Shown here piece after piece: positions 39,651 through 50,400 of a stretch of DNA of 64,000 nucleotides. This stretch comes from Spirulina sp. (GTDB lineage Bacteria; Cyanobacteriota; Cyanobacteriia; Phormidesmidales; Phormidesmidaceae): contig JBIPSI010000015.1 of the NCBI GenBank assembly GCA_044070495.1, positions 1-64,000 on the forward strand, in the 5' to 3' direction. A program made the position numbers and the translations under genes. Under the pieces are notes generated by a model. It searched no databases. It had not been told where the DNA came from and saw only the letters and a program-made list of their open reading frames with translations. The stretch's first letter is position 1. Each line of letters opens with the position of its first letter.

Positions 39651-39763
39651 CGGTTTGGCAGGTCAGCGTACGCCTATTTTAGCCTCGGCTTGGGTTAAAC
39701 GCCGTGATCGGATACCCTAGCGGCTTAACGCGAACTGAGGCGACGAGAGCAAGGCCCAGAGAC

Positions 39764-40000
39764 CTACAACTTGGCGTGGGCACCATCGCAGAAGGGCGGA
39801 TTATTGGTACGCTTGCAGGCACAGAGCGCCACCTTTTTCTGGGCCTCTAGGGTGAACTTCATGGGGGTGAAGTCTGTGCCTTTGTGGCTCCCATCGCAAA
39901 AGGGCTGATTGTCGGATTGGCCGCAGCTACACCAGTAGTAATCGCCCGCTTCTAGGGTGGTGACCACGGGCTTGGTATCGGCAATAACGGGTTCAGACAT
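39764..40000 (-). CDS. CDGSH iron-sulfur domain protein
   Basis: Two motifs, CSCGQS..PFCDGSH and CACKRT..PFCDGAH. Confidence 0.93.
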   Translation of the reverse strand: MSEPVIADTKPVVTTLEAGDYYWCSCGQSDNQPFCDGSHKGTDFTPMKFTLEAQKKVALCACKRTNNPPFCDGAHAKL

Positions 40001-40135
40001 GGGTATTTTCCTCGGTTAAAAAACGTGATTCGACAACGCCACAATCGGGAGAGATTCCAGGTTTTTTCAGCCTTATAGCAACAACCTGCCCAAACGAGAT
40101 CCAAGGGTTCTTTAGCCTTGCAGCAACAACCTTAG

Positions 40136-40283
40136 CTGATTGCCTGACACATCTCCCATGTAGGTTGGGTGCAGCGGAGCGGAACCCAACACTCGCCGAG
40201 GATTTCGGGCTTGTTGGGTTCTGCTATCGCGCCACCCAACCTACGAGAGACAAGGGGTTTTCGGGATTGTGTCAGTCAGTCAG
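40136..40283. mobile_element. REP-doublet MITE-like element
   Basis: Imperfect TIRs CTGATTGCCTGACACA / TGTGTCAGTCAGTCAG; CCTTAG on both flanks; internal GTAGGTTGGG...CCCAACCTAC. Confidence 0.7.
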
Positions 40284-40435
40284 CCTTAGGACAGTGCCAA
40301 GGTAGAACCCTGGGATCTTGGCCTAAGGTAATCCGAGGGGTCGTTCCCCCACATCTCCCAAAAAGGTGGACTTTGGCCCCAATGCGACCTTTCTTAGGGA
40401 GGGCTAGGGCGGATTTCCCAGGGGGGGAGCTTGCC

Positions 40436-41140
40436 CTAGGCGGCCATATCAAACAGCAGGAACTCCGTTTCGGCGGCGGTGCTGACTAGGGTGAGATCTT
40501 GCAGGTCTTGGATGGCGGCCCCATCCCCGGCGGTTAGCGCTTGGCCATTGAGTTCCAGCGATCCCTGTGCCACCTGAAGCCACGCGATCCGCCCCTCAGC
40601 GAGGGTGTGGCTCACCTGGTCGCCTTCGCCCAGCAAGGCGCTGTAGAGGCTGACATCCTGGTGAATGGTCACCGATCCATCGCGGCCATCCTGGGAACCA
40701 ATCAGGCGCAGACGGCCCTGCTTTTCGGAGGGGTCAATATAAATTTGTTCGTAGCCCGGATCGATGCCGTTGGTGGCAGGAAGCAGCCAAATTTGCAGCA
40801 AATGCACCGGGTCGGTTTCCGAGGCATTGAACTCGCTGTGCATAATGCCCGTCCCCGCCGACATCCGCTGCACATCCCCAGGGCGAATGATGGATCCGTT
40901 GCCAATGCTGTCCTTGTGCTCCAGGGATCCGGCCAGCACGTAGGTGACAATCTCCATATCCCGGTGACCGTGGGTGCCAAAGCCTTGGCTGGGGCTAATT
41001 TTGTCTTCGTTGATCACCCGCAGCGGCCCAAACCCCATGTGCCGAGGATCGTAGTAATTGCTGAAGGAAAAAGAATGGCGAGTATCCAACCAGCCAAAGT
41101 TGGCCGCGCCTCGCTCGTTAGACGGACGGATCGTAATCAT
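40436..41140 (-). CDS. Pirin family protein (YhhW-like)
   Basis: [16 protein letters not shown] and [11 protein letters not shown]. Confidence 0.93.
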   Translation of the reverse strand: MITIRPSNERGAANFGWLDTRHSFSFSNYYDPRHMGFGPLRVINEDKISPSQGFGTHGHRDMEIVTYVLAGSLEHKDSIGNGSIIRPGDVQRMSAGTGIMHSEFNASETDPVHLLQIWLLPATNGIDPGYEQIYIDPSEKQGRLRLIGSQDGRDGSVTIHQDVSLYSALLGEGDQVSHTLAEGRIAWLQVAQGSLELNGQALTAGDGAAIQDLQDLTLVSTAAETEFLLFDMAA

Positions 41141-41235
41141 GACGACACCTCCTAAAAAAATTGGGGCGAATGTGTTTGCCCTGCTATTACCCTAGACTGA
41201 ATCCTCAAAAAAGACAATAATCAATTTTATGGACT

Positions 41236-41260
41236 AATTGTCTCTAAAATAAAGACAATT
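41236..41260. promoter_or_regulatory. Putative LysR operator
   Basis: AATTGTCT-N9-AGACAATT inverted repeat between the divergent pirin and lysR genes. Confidence 0.55.
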
Positions 41261-41334
41261 CTGTATTGGCCCTTCCCTGTACGGGCGCACAGCAGTGCGC
41301 CCCAACCATCCCCCATTCCCACGATCCAATCTCT

Positions 41335-42222
41335 ATGGACAAATTCGAGAGCATTCGCGCCTTTACCCAAGTGGTGGAATCCGGTGGCTTTGCCGCCGCC
41401 GCCCGCCAAATGGGCTTATCCCGTTCGGCGGTCAACAAACTGGTGATCAACCTAGAAGACGACCTACAAACCCAACTGCTGCACCGCACTACCCGGCGAG
41501 TTTCAACGACGGCGGCGGGGCGAGCCTTCTATGAGCGCTGCGTCAACATTCTGGCGGATTTGGAGGAGGCCGAACTGGCCCTATCCCGCTTGCAGGAGGA
41601 ACCCAGGGGAAACCTGCGGGTGAATGCGCCCATGACCTTTGGAACGCTCCACCTTGGCCCGCTTTTAGTGGACTTTATGGCTCAATATCCCGATTTACAG
41701 GTGGAACTGAGCCTCAATGACCGTTTCATCGACCCCATTGATGAGGGCTTTGATGTCACAGTCCGCATCGCCCCAGACCCCGGTGCAGTCAGCCTCATTG
41801 CCCACCCCCTGGCCCCCTGCCCCATGGTGATTTGCGCGGCCCCCACCTACCTCCAGCGATGGGGCACCCCAACCCAACCCACCGACCTCGAACACCACGC
41901 CTGCCTCCACTACGGCCATCGTTCCCAGGACAATGTGTGGACGCTGACAGATGCCCACCAGGGGCCAACGGTGGTGTCTGTCCATGGCCCCCTTTGCTGT
42001 AACAACGGTGAGGTGCTAACCCAAGCCGCCTTGGCAGGGTTAGGCATTGTGTTGATACCTCGGTTTATTGTGGAAAATGCCCTTCAACAAGGACAATTGC
42101 AGCCAATCTTGACGAATTTTTGCCCCCCAGCAAGCCAAATCTATGCCCTCTATCCCGTCAATCGGCACCTATCAGTCAAGGTAAAAGCACTGATTGAGTT
42201 TCTAAAGAAGCGGTTGGCCTAG
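41335..42222 (+). CDS. LysR family regulator (CrgA/DmlR-like)
   Basis: HTH GGFAAAARQMGLSRSAVNK...LLHRTTR plus a substrate-binding domain. Confidence 0.93.
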   Translation: MDKFESIRAFTQVVESGGFAAAARQMGLSRSAVNKLVINLEDDLQTQLLHRTTRRVSTTAAGRAFYERCVNILADLEEAELALSRLQEEPRGNLRVNAPMTFGTLHLGPLLVDFMAQYPDLQVELSLNDRFIDPIDEGFDVTVRIAPDPGAVSLIAHPLAPCPMVICAAPTYLQRWGTPTQPTDLEHHACLHYGHRSQDNVWTLTDAHQGPTVVSVHGPLCCNNGEVLTQAALAGLGIVLIPRFIVENALQQGQLQPILTNFCPPASQIYALYPVNRHLSVKVKALIEFLKKRLA

Positions 42223-42296
42223 AATCCTTAGCCGTCGTCCCCTAAGTTGAATAAGGTGAACTTTGCCCCATGGCATTCAGCTTTTAAGGACTGCTC

Positions 42297-42872
42297 CTAC
42301 CCCCAAACCTCCGTCAGGGAGAGGACAAAACCCGGCAGCACGTCCTCCCCAGAAAGATGTTCCGGCTGGTTGAGGTATTCTGTGGGTCGGCCAAAACGAT
42401 AGATTTGCACTCGTTTTTCTTGGGGATCAATCAACCAGCCCAGGCGCACGCCACAATCCCGGTATTCGGCCATTTTGCGCTCTAGGGTCATCAGCTTATC
42501 GGTAGCAGACCGTAGCTCAATCACAAAATCCGGGGCTAGGGGCAAAAACCGGGCCGGATCGGGGGCAATGGCCTCAATCCGGGATTTTTCCACCCAGGCC
42601 ACATCCGGTGAACGATCCGCCCCATTGGGCATCGAGAATCCGGTGGAAGAGTCGAACACGACGCCGAGCTGGGATTGGCGATTCCAAAGGGTGACGTTGG
42701 TCGTGAGGTCGGCGTTGCGTTTGCCAGATTCCCATCCGGTCGGGGGCATAAGGATCAACTCTCCGGTGCTGCTGCGTTCTAGGCGCAGGTCTTGGTTGAC
42801 TTTGCACAACTCATAGAACTGCTCATGGGTGAGCCGCACCACGGGGTCGAGGGTTAGGGTTAGGGTTGTCAT
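42297..42872 (-). CDS. Uma2 family endonuclease
   Basis: FDSSTGF, RSPDVAW, PDFVIELRS and GVRLGWLIDP. Confidence 0.93.
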   Translation of the reverse strand: MTTLTLTLDPVVRLTHEQFYELCKVNQDLRLERSSTGELILMPPTGWESGKRNADLTTNVTLWNRQSQLGVVFDSSTGFSMPNGADRSPDVAWVEKSRIEAIAPDPARFLPLAPDFVIELRSATDKLMTLERKMAEYRDCGVRLGWLIDPQEKRVQIYRFGRPTEYLNQPEHLSGEDVLPGFVLSLTEVWG

Positions 42873-42984
42873 GGCACCGAGGGCGCAAGGATATCCCTAA
42901 TCTAGCAAGCGGGATGGGGAAAAGCGTTACTATCAGCAGAGAACGGTTTGTCAGGGCTAGAATTTGAGGAAATAGAGGTGAAGC

Positions 42985-43230
42985 ATGGTTCAAGTCACCG
43001 TCAATGTGCCAGAAGAGTTTTTAGCCGACCGTGATGCCAACACCTTAGCTCAACAGATGCAACTCGCGGCGGCGATCTATTGGTATGCCCGTGGGGAAGT
43101 CTCTATGGGCAAAGCGGCTGAGTTTGCGGGGCTAGATCGTCCTCAGTTTCTGGATATCTTGGCCCACGAAAAAATCGATGTTTTTCAGGTTGACTTTGAT
43201 GACCTAGCCGAAGAGCTATCCTGTGACTAA
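42985..43230 (+). CDS. UPF0175 family putative antitoxin
   Basis: AIYWYARGEVSMGKAAEFAGL; overlaps the next gene. Confidence 0.85.
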   Translation: MVQVTVNVPEEFLADRDANTLAQQMQLAAAIYWYARGEVSMGKAAEFAGLDRPQFLDILAHEKIDVFQVDFDDLAEELSCD

Positions 43231-43723
43231 TGCCGCTTTACCGCCTGTTATTAACACCTCGCCCTTGATTTTCTTGACCAAGGCAGACCTACTCTCCCTG
43301 CTGCAAGTTCGATATGTCACGGTTTTGGTGCCCACCATCGTCGTTCAAGAGATCCAGCAATATGGGCCACTCGACACCACGGCCCAGACAATCCAAAGAA
43401 CGGACTGGCTGACTATCGTTGAAGCCCCACCGACTGCTTCCGCACTACAAGCCTGTAATCTTGATGCCGGAGAAGCCTCCGTATTAGCCTGGGCCTATAC
43501 CCATCCCACCACCGAGGCTATCTTGGATGATCTGGCAGGTCGCCGTTGCGCCAGCAAGCTCAACATCCCAATCCGGGGAACCCTCGGTCTAGTGCTAGCC
43601 GCCAAGCAGCAGGGGCAGATTGCAGAAGCGAAGCCCTTGATTCTCAAACTCCGGCAAACTGGCATGTACTTGAGTGATCGGGTGATTCAAAAAGCACTGG
43701 CTCTAGTGCAGGAGGCCCTGTAG
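43223..43723 (+). CDS. DUF3368 PIN-like putative toxin
   Basis: VINTSPLIFL, LDAGEA, ILDDLAGR and GTLGLV. Confidence 0.85.
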   Translation: MTNAALPPVINTSPLIFLTKADLLSLLQVRYVTVLVPTIVVQEIQQYGPLDTTAQTIQRTDWLTIVEAPPTASALQACNLDAGEASVLAWAYTHPTTEAILDDLAGRRCASKLNIPIRGTLGLVLAAKQQGQIAEAKPLILKLRQTGMYLSDRVIQKALALVQEAL

Positions 43724-44143
43724 TCTCCTACACTCTCGGCACACTTGCCATATTTAGACAGAGTGACCGTCTTTATTACCGTGGAGTTATATGCTTAGCC
43801 CTTTTGGGAGATGACCTATTGCCGATGCCCTCTGAGGCTACTTAAGCAAGTCACGCACACAATCATGCGTCCGTGTGCTAAGTTGAGATTGCTGGCAGAT
43901 AGTCAGCTACCGCTTACGCCATAACTCGGCAGCGTAACAACTTAACCAGTCAATCCGTTGTTAACGAGATAACGGCTGGCACAAGAGAGTGATGAGGAGT
44001 TTATCCTGCCTCTCGTCTTCACAAAGTGAAGCTACTTACGGGGAACCGTTGTCATTCGCTTAGTTTAATAAGCTTTGATTGGTTTTTTGCCTTTAAGGAG
44101 TGTGCCTATTAAAAAATAGGTTTGAATTTAATTTGTTTTTCTT

Positions 44144-44179
44144 AGCACTTTGTCTCGGCAAGGTGCTTTTTTATTTTTT
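44144..44179 (+). terminator. Terminator-like hairpin just before the RBS of an orphan ORF
   Basis: AGCACTTTGT-CTCG-GCAAGGTGCT followed by a T-rich run. Confidence 0.55.
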
Positions 44180-44193
44180 AAGGAGTTTAAGTC

Positions 44194-44409
44194 ATGGGAT
44201 ATTGCTCTTGTCAGGAAGATGCTGATTACTCAAAAGATGATTTCTTGAATAGTAATGGCTGGGAAACACGAGAGGAGAAGCAGGCTCGAATTAGCCAATT
44301 AGCTAGGGATTTATGTGCTCGAAATGAGAAGAAAAGAGGTGTTAACTTGAAAGCGTCATCATTTGGCAACATGCCTTCCTTTGATTCTTGGTCACAGAAG
44401 TGGTCATGA
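44194..44409 (+). CDS. Low-GC orphan protein
   Basis: 71-aa ORF with a strong TAAGGAG ribosome-binding site. Confidence 0.5.
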   Translation: MGYCSCQEDADYSKDDFLNSNGWETREEKQARISQLARDLCARNEKKRGVNLKASSFGNMPSFDSWSQKWS

Positions 44410-44596
44410 TCATGATGTAGTTACCCCTGAGGCTAGTGAGGTAAGTCGGTCGCATTGAAATCATGAGGTTTCTGCGCACTAGACTATACCTCACCAGGCA
44501 GGGAAAGGCTGTAGGCGCTGTTGGTTTTATATATCCTGTGATTGCACCCCAGTCTCTTGGCATACTAGAGGCGCTGGCGATTTGTGTTTCTGCCCT

Positions 44597-47197
44597 ATGG
44601 TGTCCGATCCGCAACCGACTTCACCCGACTGGGGGCGCTTGCAACGGGCGCTCTCGGTGGAGGCTGAGAGCGGCTTTAACGACCTGGTGGGCAAACAGCA
44701 GACCTTCAGCGAATTTTTGCGAGACAGTTTGCAACAGCCGCCGGGGGTGTTGCCGCCGGATCAGCAGCGATCTTGGCAGGATTTGGCCCAAAAGTATAGC
44801 GACTATGGGGATTTGGGCTTTGCCCAGCGGCAGCATTTGGTGGCGGAAACGCGGCGATTTTTGTATGGCACCCAGCGGTTGCTAGAGCAGTTCAGTAAGA
44901 CGAAGGCTCAGCGGGGGCGGGGAAGTGGGGTTGGTGAGGATGGTGAGGGGGGTGATGCGGCAGCGGGGGGGGCTAGATCGGGCGGAGTTTCTGCCCAGGT
45001 GGGATCGCGGCAATCGTCCACCACGGCGACTTCAGGGGCCAAACGTAGCCCTAAGACAGCCCAGGTGGCGGCGGCTAGTCCTAGCAGTTCTGGCTTTGGG
45101 TTGGATCAGCCCCTCACCTACCTGAAGGGCATCGGCCCCAAGAACAGCGAGCGACTGGCCAAACTGGGCCTGTTCACCGTGCAGGATGTGCTTTATTACT
45201 ATCCCCGCGACCACATCAACTATGCCCAGCAGGTCAAAATTCGCGACCTGGTGCCGGGGGAGACCGTGACCATTGTGGGCACGGTGCGGCGAGTGAATTG
45301 TTTTACCAGTCCGCGCAACAAAAAGCTGACCATTTTTGAGCTGCAACTGTCGGACGGCAGCGCCAGCCTAAAGCTGAATCGGTTTTACCCCGGCAACCGC
45401 TACGCTACGCCCAGTTGGCAGCAGCAGCAAAAGCGCCAGTATCCCCAGGGGGCGGTGGTGGCGGCATCGGGCCTGGTAAAGGAGGGCAAGTATGGCATGA
45501 CACTGGAGGATCCGCACCTAGAGGTGTTGGACAGCCTCAGCGACCGCATCGAATCCCTCACCATTGGGCGGCTGGTGCCCGTCTATGCACTGACGGAGGG
45601 GGTAACGGCTGACCTGGTGCGGAAGGTGGTGGTGGCCTCGTTGCCAGCGGTGCCGTTGTTGAAGGATCCGCTGCCTGTGGATGTGCGGCAGCGGCAGGGC
45701 TTGGTGGCGTTGGATAAAGCCATCGCCCAAATCCATTTCCCTGACGACGAAGAAAACCTGACCCAGGCCCGCCGCCGCTTGGTGTTTGACGAATTCTTCT
45801 ATCTGCAACTGGGCCTCTTGCGTCGTCGGCAGCAGCAGCGCCAGCAGCAAACCGCCATCACCCTAGCCCCCACCGGGGAGTTGATTGAACGGTTCTACGG
45901 CATCCTGCCCTTTAAGTTAACGGACGCTCAACAGCGGGTGGTGAATGATATTTTGGCCGACTTGCAGCAGCCCATCCCCATGAATCGCCTGGTGCAGGGG
46001 GATGTGGGTTCCGGCAAAACCGTGGTGGCGGTGGTGGCGATGTTGGCGGCGATTCAGGCGGGCTACCAGGCGGCGTTGATGGCCCCCACGGAAGTCCTCG
46101 CCGAGCAGCACTATCGCAAACTGGTGGACTGGTTCAACCAACTGCATTTGACAGTGGAACTGCTAACCGGATCGACCCGTGCCGCCAAACGTCGCAAGCT
46201 CCTGGGCGAACTGGCCACCGGGGAACTGAACGTCCTCGTCGGCACCCACGCCCTGATTGAAGACCCGGTGCAGTTCTGTAGCCTGGGCCTGGTCAGCATC
46301 GACGAACAGCACCGCTTTGGCGTACAGCAAAGGGCGCGACTGATGCAAAAAGGGGCCAATCCCCATGTGCTCACCCTCACCGCCACCCCCATCCCCCGCA
46401 CCCTGTCGCTGACCCTGCACGGGGATTTGGACGTGAGCCAGATCGACGAACTGCCCCCCGGACGCAAGGCCATCCAAACCACCCTGCTCACCAACCAAGA
46501 CCGCACCCACGCCTACGACCTAATGCGGCGAGAAATTGCCCAGGGTCGCCAGGTCTACGTGGTGCTGCCCCTGGTGGAGGAATCGGAAAAGCTCGACCTC
46601 AAATCCGCCGTGGACGAGCACCAGCGCCTTGCGGAGGCAATTTTTCCTGAGTTCACCGTCGGTCTGCTCCACGGCAAAATGTCCTCCGCCGAAAAGGACG
46701 CGGCCATCACCGCCTTCCGCAATCGGGAGACTCACATTCTCGTTTCCACGACCGTGGTGGAAGTGGGCGTAGACGTACCCAACGCCTCGGTGATGCTGAT
46801 CGAACACGCCGAACGGTTTGGTCTGTCGCAACTGCACCAGCTCCGGGGGCGGGTCGGTCGTGGGGCGGCGCAATCCTTCTGTTTATTGCTCAGCAGCAGC
46901 AAAAGTGAAAATGCCCTGCAACGGTTGCGGGTGCTAGAGCAATCCCAGGACGGCTTCTTTATTGCGGAAATGGATCTGCGTTTCCGGGGGCCGGGAGAAG
47001 TGTTGGGTACTCGTCAATCCGGCCTGCCTGACCTGGCCCTGGCGAGCTTGATCGAAGATCAGGACGTACTCATGCTGGCCCGTGAAGCGGCGGAAGCTTT
47101 ATTGAATGAAGATCCTACCCTTTCCCGCTGGCCTCGGTTGGCCCAGGAACTCCAACGCCGCTACGACAAATTTATGGGCGGGGCGATTATGACGTAA
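44597..47197 (+). CDS. recG: ATP-dependent DNA helicase RecG
   Basis: QGDVGSGKT, DEQHRFG, TATPIPR and QLRGRVGRG. Confidence 0.96.
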   Translation: MVSDPQPTSPDWGRLQRALSVEAESGFNDLVGKQQTFSEFLRDSLQQPPGVLPPDQQRSWQDLAQKYSDYGDLGFAQRQHLVAETRRFLYGTQRLLEQFSKTKAQRGRGSGVGEDGEGGDAAAGGARSGGVSAQVGSRQSSTTATSGAKRSPKTAQVAAASPSSSGFGLDQPLTYLKGIGPKNSERLAKLGLFTVQDVLYYYPRDHINYAQQVKIRDLVPGETVTIVGTVRRVNCFTSPRNKKLTIFELQLSDGSASLKLNRFYPGNRYATPSWQQQQKRQYPQGAVVAASGLVKEGKYGMTLEDPHLEVLDSLSDRIESLTIGRLVPVYALTEGVTADLVRKVVVASLPAVPLLKDPLPVDVRQRQGLVALDKAIAQIHFPDDEENLTQARRRLVFDEFFYLQLGLLRRRQQQRQQQTAITLAPTGELIERFYGILPFKLTDAQQRVVNDILADLQQPIPMNRLVQGDVGSGKTVVAVVAMLAAIQAGYQAALMAPTEVLAEQHYRKLVDWFNQLHLTVELLTGSTRAAKRRKLLGELATGELNVLVGTHALIEDPVQFCSLGLVSIDEQHRFGVQQRARLMQKGANPHVLTLTATPIPRTLSLTLHGDLDVSQIDELPPGRKAIQTTLLTNQDRTHAYDLMRREIAQGRQVYVVLPLVEESEKLDLKSAVDEHQRLAEAIFPEFTVGLLHGKMSSAEKDAAITAFRNRETHILVSTTVVEVGVDVPNASVMLIEHAERFGLSQLHQLRGRVGRGAAQSFCLLLSSSKSENALQRLRVLEQSQDGFFIAEMDLRFRGPGEVLGTRQSGLPDLALASLIEDQDVLMLAREAAEALLNEDPTLSRWPRLAQELQRRYDKFMGGAIMT

Positions 47198-47411
47198 TCC
47201 TAAATCCGGCTTGGTTGCCCCCGGCATCAGCGGACGAGGAAACCTCGCCCCTACGATTTGTCGGCTTGGGAATCGGGGGTTTCTGATTCGGATTTTGTAT
47301 GGGGCAAATTGCTACGACGAAGGAGAAAAACGACCACCCCAACGGTCTCAAGAACCGAGAAGATGGTCGTCCTGTGCTGCCTTGCAATCGGCGGCGATCT
47401 GCGGACGTGGC

Positions 47412-50400
47412 CTACTCCGGCTTTTGTTCCGGCATCATGCACTTGTCGGAGTCGCAGCCAGCGGGGCCAGCTTCAATCAGGTCTCCGGCATCGTACAGGG
47501 CCAGGGCCGAGTGGAAGTCTGCCGTGCCGCGACGGGCTTCCACCTTCTGACTTTCGGCCTCGTAGGTGGCCTTGTCAATCGGCTCGAAGGGCAGACGGGG
47601 GAAGGTTTGCAGGTCGTCGAACCGAGCCAGCAGCGCCGCCGAAATGTAGCCCTCGTCGTTTTGGATAGCCTGGTAGATCCGCTCGCCCAGGACTTCCAGT
47701 TCCGGCTCCCGAAATTCGATGGTGGCCGAGGTGTTGTGGGTGGTGTAGTGCTTCTGCACCTGCATGTAAAAGTCGAACTGGGCCGCCGCCGTGAATTTTT
47801 CGATGGCGATTTCGTCGGCACCGGGCAGGTTGGCCCAGGGCACTTCTACGGGAATTTCCACCAGCCACTCGGTACAGCGCGGGTCGAAGGGGTCGTTCAG
47901 CAGGTTGCCGTTCTCGTCCTTGTCGGACTGGGAGGGCACCACGGAATAGCCGTAATCAATACAGGCCATGGCCACCGGGTCATTCTTGCGGAAGGTGATC
48001 CGCCGCAAAAAGCGCTGGGCCTTGGGCGGGTGCCAGCCCGGAGATGCCCCCGTCAGCAGGGATTTTGTTCCCGCAGGCTGCACGGTGGTACAGCGGTTGG
48101 GCCGCTTCAGCCCGTGGCGGTCGCAATAGTCCCACACCACCCGATGAACGATGTCCTTCCAGCGGCTCAGGTAGGCTTGCTCCTTTTGCTTGAACTCCAG
48201 CCCTTGCATGGTGTCGGGACGGCCCGCCTCCCACCAGCGCAGCCAGTCTACGCCGAACGCCTGCACAAAGAAGTCGAACAGCCCGGTGAAGGACACGCCC
48301 ACAATCGGGTCTTCCAATCGCGACTGCTGGTAACGCGGCTCGTTAAATTGGTGATTCAACAGCACCGCCACCGACAGCGCCGCCGCCGTAAAGGCATCCT
48401 CTTGATCCTGAAGGTTGCTAGGATCAAGCTGGTTCAAATGTACCTCTGAAAGGTTGCAGTGAAAGTTGGATCCAAGAATCTCGCCGCAATTGTGAGCGAC
48501 TAGACCATTGGCATCGAACCGGGCAGGGCCAGGGACGGTACAGTCGTAGACCGCTTCCACGCCATCGGGCACAACGCTGGACACCGTAGCCGTAAACCGT
48601 TCCCGGTTGGGGCGACGCTTGTACTGCCCCAACACCTCAGCCAACTTTGCAGCCTTAGCGGGTTCTTGGAAACCGATTAGCTCGGCAAAAACCTGAAGGT
48701 TGTCGTTGGCGATCACCAATTCATGCTGAGTTTGGCAGAAATAGGGGGCAGGTTCCCGGTTGGCATCGGGCAGATCACGATAGCCCTCGGTTCGCCGCTC
48801 TTGGTAAAGCGTGGACACAATGCCCAAACGACCCAGCATCCGCTGTACCGCTTGCAGGTTAGCCAGATTGCTTTGGGCCAGCCGCACGCTAATCCCCTTA
48901 GCCTGACTACCCTGGACGCTGCCATCGGCATCAAACAACCCTTGCAAGAAGCCCTGGTAGAACTCGTAGCTGCCCTGTTCAACGGCGGTGGTGATCACCT
49001 TATGGCCGGGGGCAAGGCCAAATTCTGCCGCGAGGCTAGCCAATCCCGCCGAGTTCACCACCCGATGCTTGAGTTGGCGGTGATAGTGGGCCGCTGCGGT
49101 GCGGCGTTCGTAGCCCACGGTGGTTTGCAAGAGGGCAATGGCGTGCTCGCTCATCGCTTCCTGGGATTCCCCCCAGAAGCGCAGCAGGGCCGAGTCATTC
49201 CACTGGGTTTTGGCCAAGCTGCCGTCACCTACCAAATTCCCCAGCAACCAACCCGCTTCCCTGGTGCCTTGCCCGTCCCAGGGTTGTAGCCCCCGGTGGT
49301 TGTGCAGCAGGATGCGATCTCCCGGTTGAAGGGTTTCAGCTTCTACCCATTCGGTGTATTGAGCCTTTTGGGTTTGTGCCGTTACTTTCAGAACCTTGTG
49401 GTTCCCGGTCAAACGAAGGTTGTGCCCCTCGGCGGTGCTGAGCTTGAGGACAGGTTTGGTGCCGGAATAGAAGAAGCCCTCGGCGGTGGTGCTGAACAGT
49501 TCGCCATTGACGTAGGTACTGTGCTGCTGACCGATCAGCTCCTTCACCTGACGGGGGCCATCGCCCGTATGCACCCAGGTATCCGCCGTTACGCAGGGGT
49601 TCAGACCGTAGCGGTCATCGGCTCCGGCCCGCCGCTTGGCCTCCCCGGCCCACTGAATTGCGCCCTCGCCGGAATAAAACTGCTTCCGTACCGAGTCTAC
49701 ACAATCCTGAAGGCTAGGCTTTTCGTGGAAGACGCGGGTGTGATTGGCCATCCGCAGTACGTCTCGTTCGGGGTCGATGCGCCAGTTGCCCTCGGAATCC
49801 TGCTGCCAGAGGTTATCCTTGGCCCCAGCCGCTAGGTCGTCGCTGCTGTCGAATTGGCGCATCCCGGCACTGCGTCTGATGTTACCCGCCACCACACAGG
49901 CAGCGGCTTCATCAATCAGCAGACAGCATTCTACGGAATTGAGCTGGCGACCGAGGGCTTTGTTGAGGATATTGGCGCAGCGGTCGTACAGCAGCGATAG
50001 GCGGATGGGGTTGGCGACGCCACCGAAGCCCTTAAGTTTTTCGCCAGCGGGGCGCACGTCGCTGAGGTCGATGGTGACTTCGACGGTGTCGGTGAAGCGC
50101 TCGTCGGTAGAGAGTTCCAGCAGGGTTTGGTAAGACTGCACCCAGCCCTGGCGGCTGTCGCCTACTCGGATGTTGACCTGATTGCCGTCGATGGCAACTT
50201 CGGTGATTTCGCGACGGTCGGCGGCGGGGGTGGTGCCAATGTCGCCGCCCATGGTGACGTTGAGGCGGTTACGGATGGCGGGAATTTGGTTGATGTATTT
50301 GGGTTCTAGAATTGCCCCGGTGCCGCAGCCCATCATGGCCAAGTCCATCATCAGGCCAAAGGCGCGCCAGTCCACCACGTTGGTGCTGGTGCAGTTGTAG

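Noticed and set aside
47211..48449. 412-aa plus-strand ORF
   Set aside because: It is the antisense shadow of nrdJ in GC-rich DNA, with no motifs.
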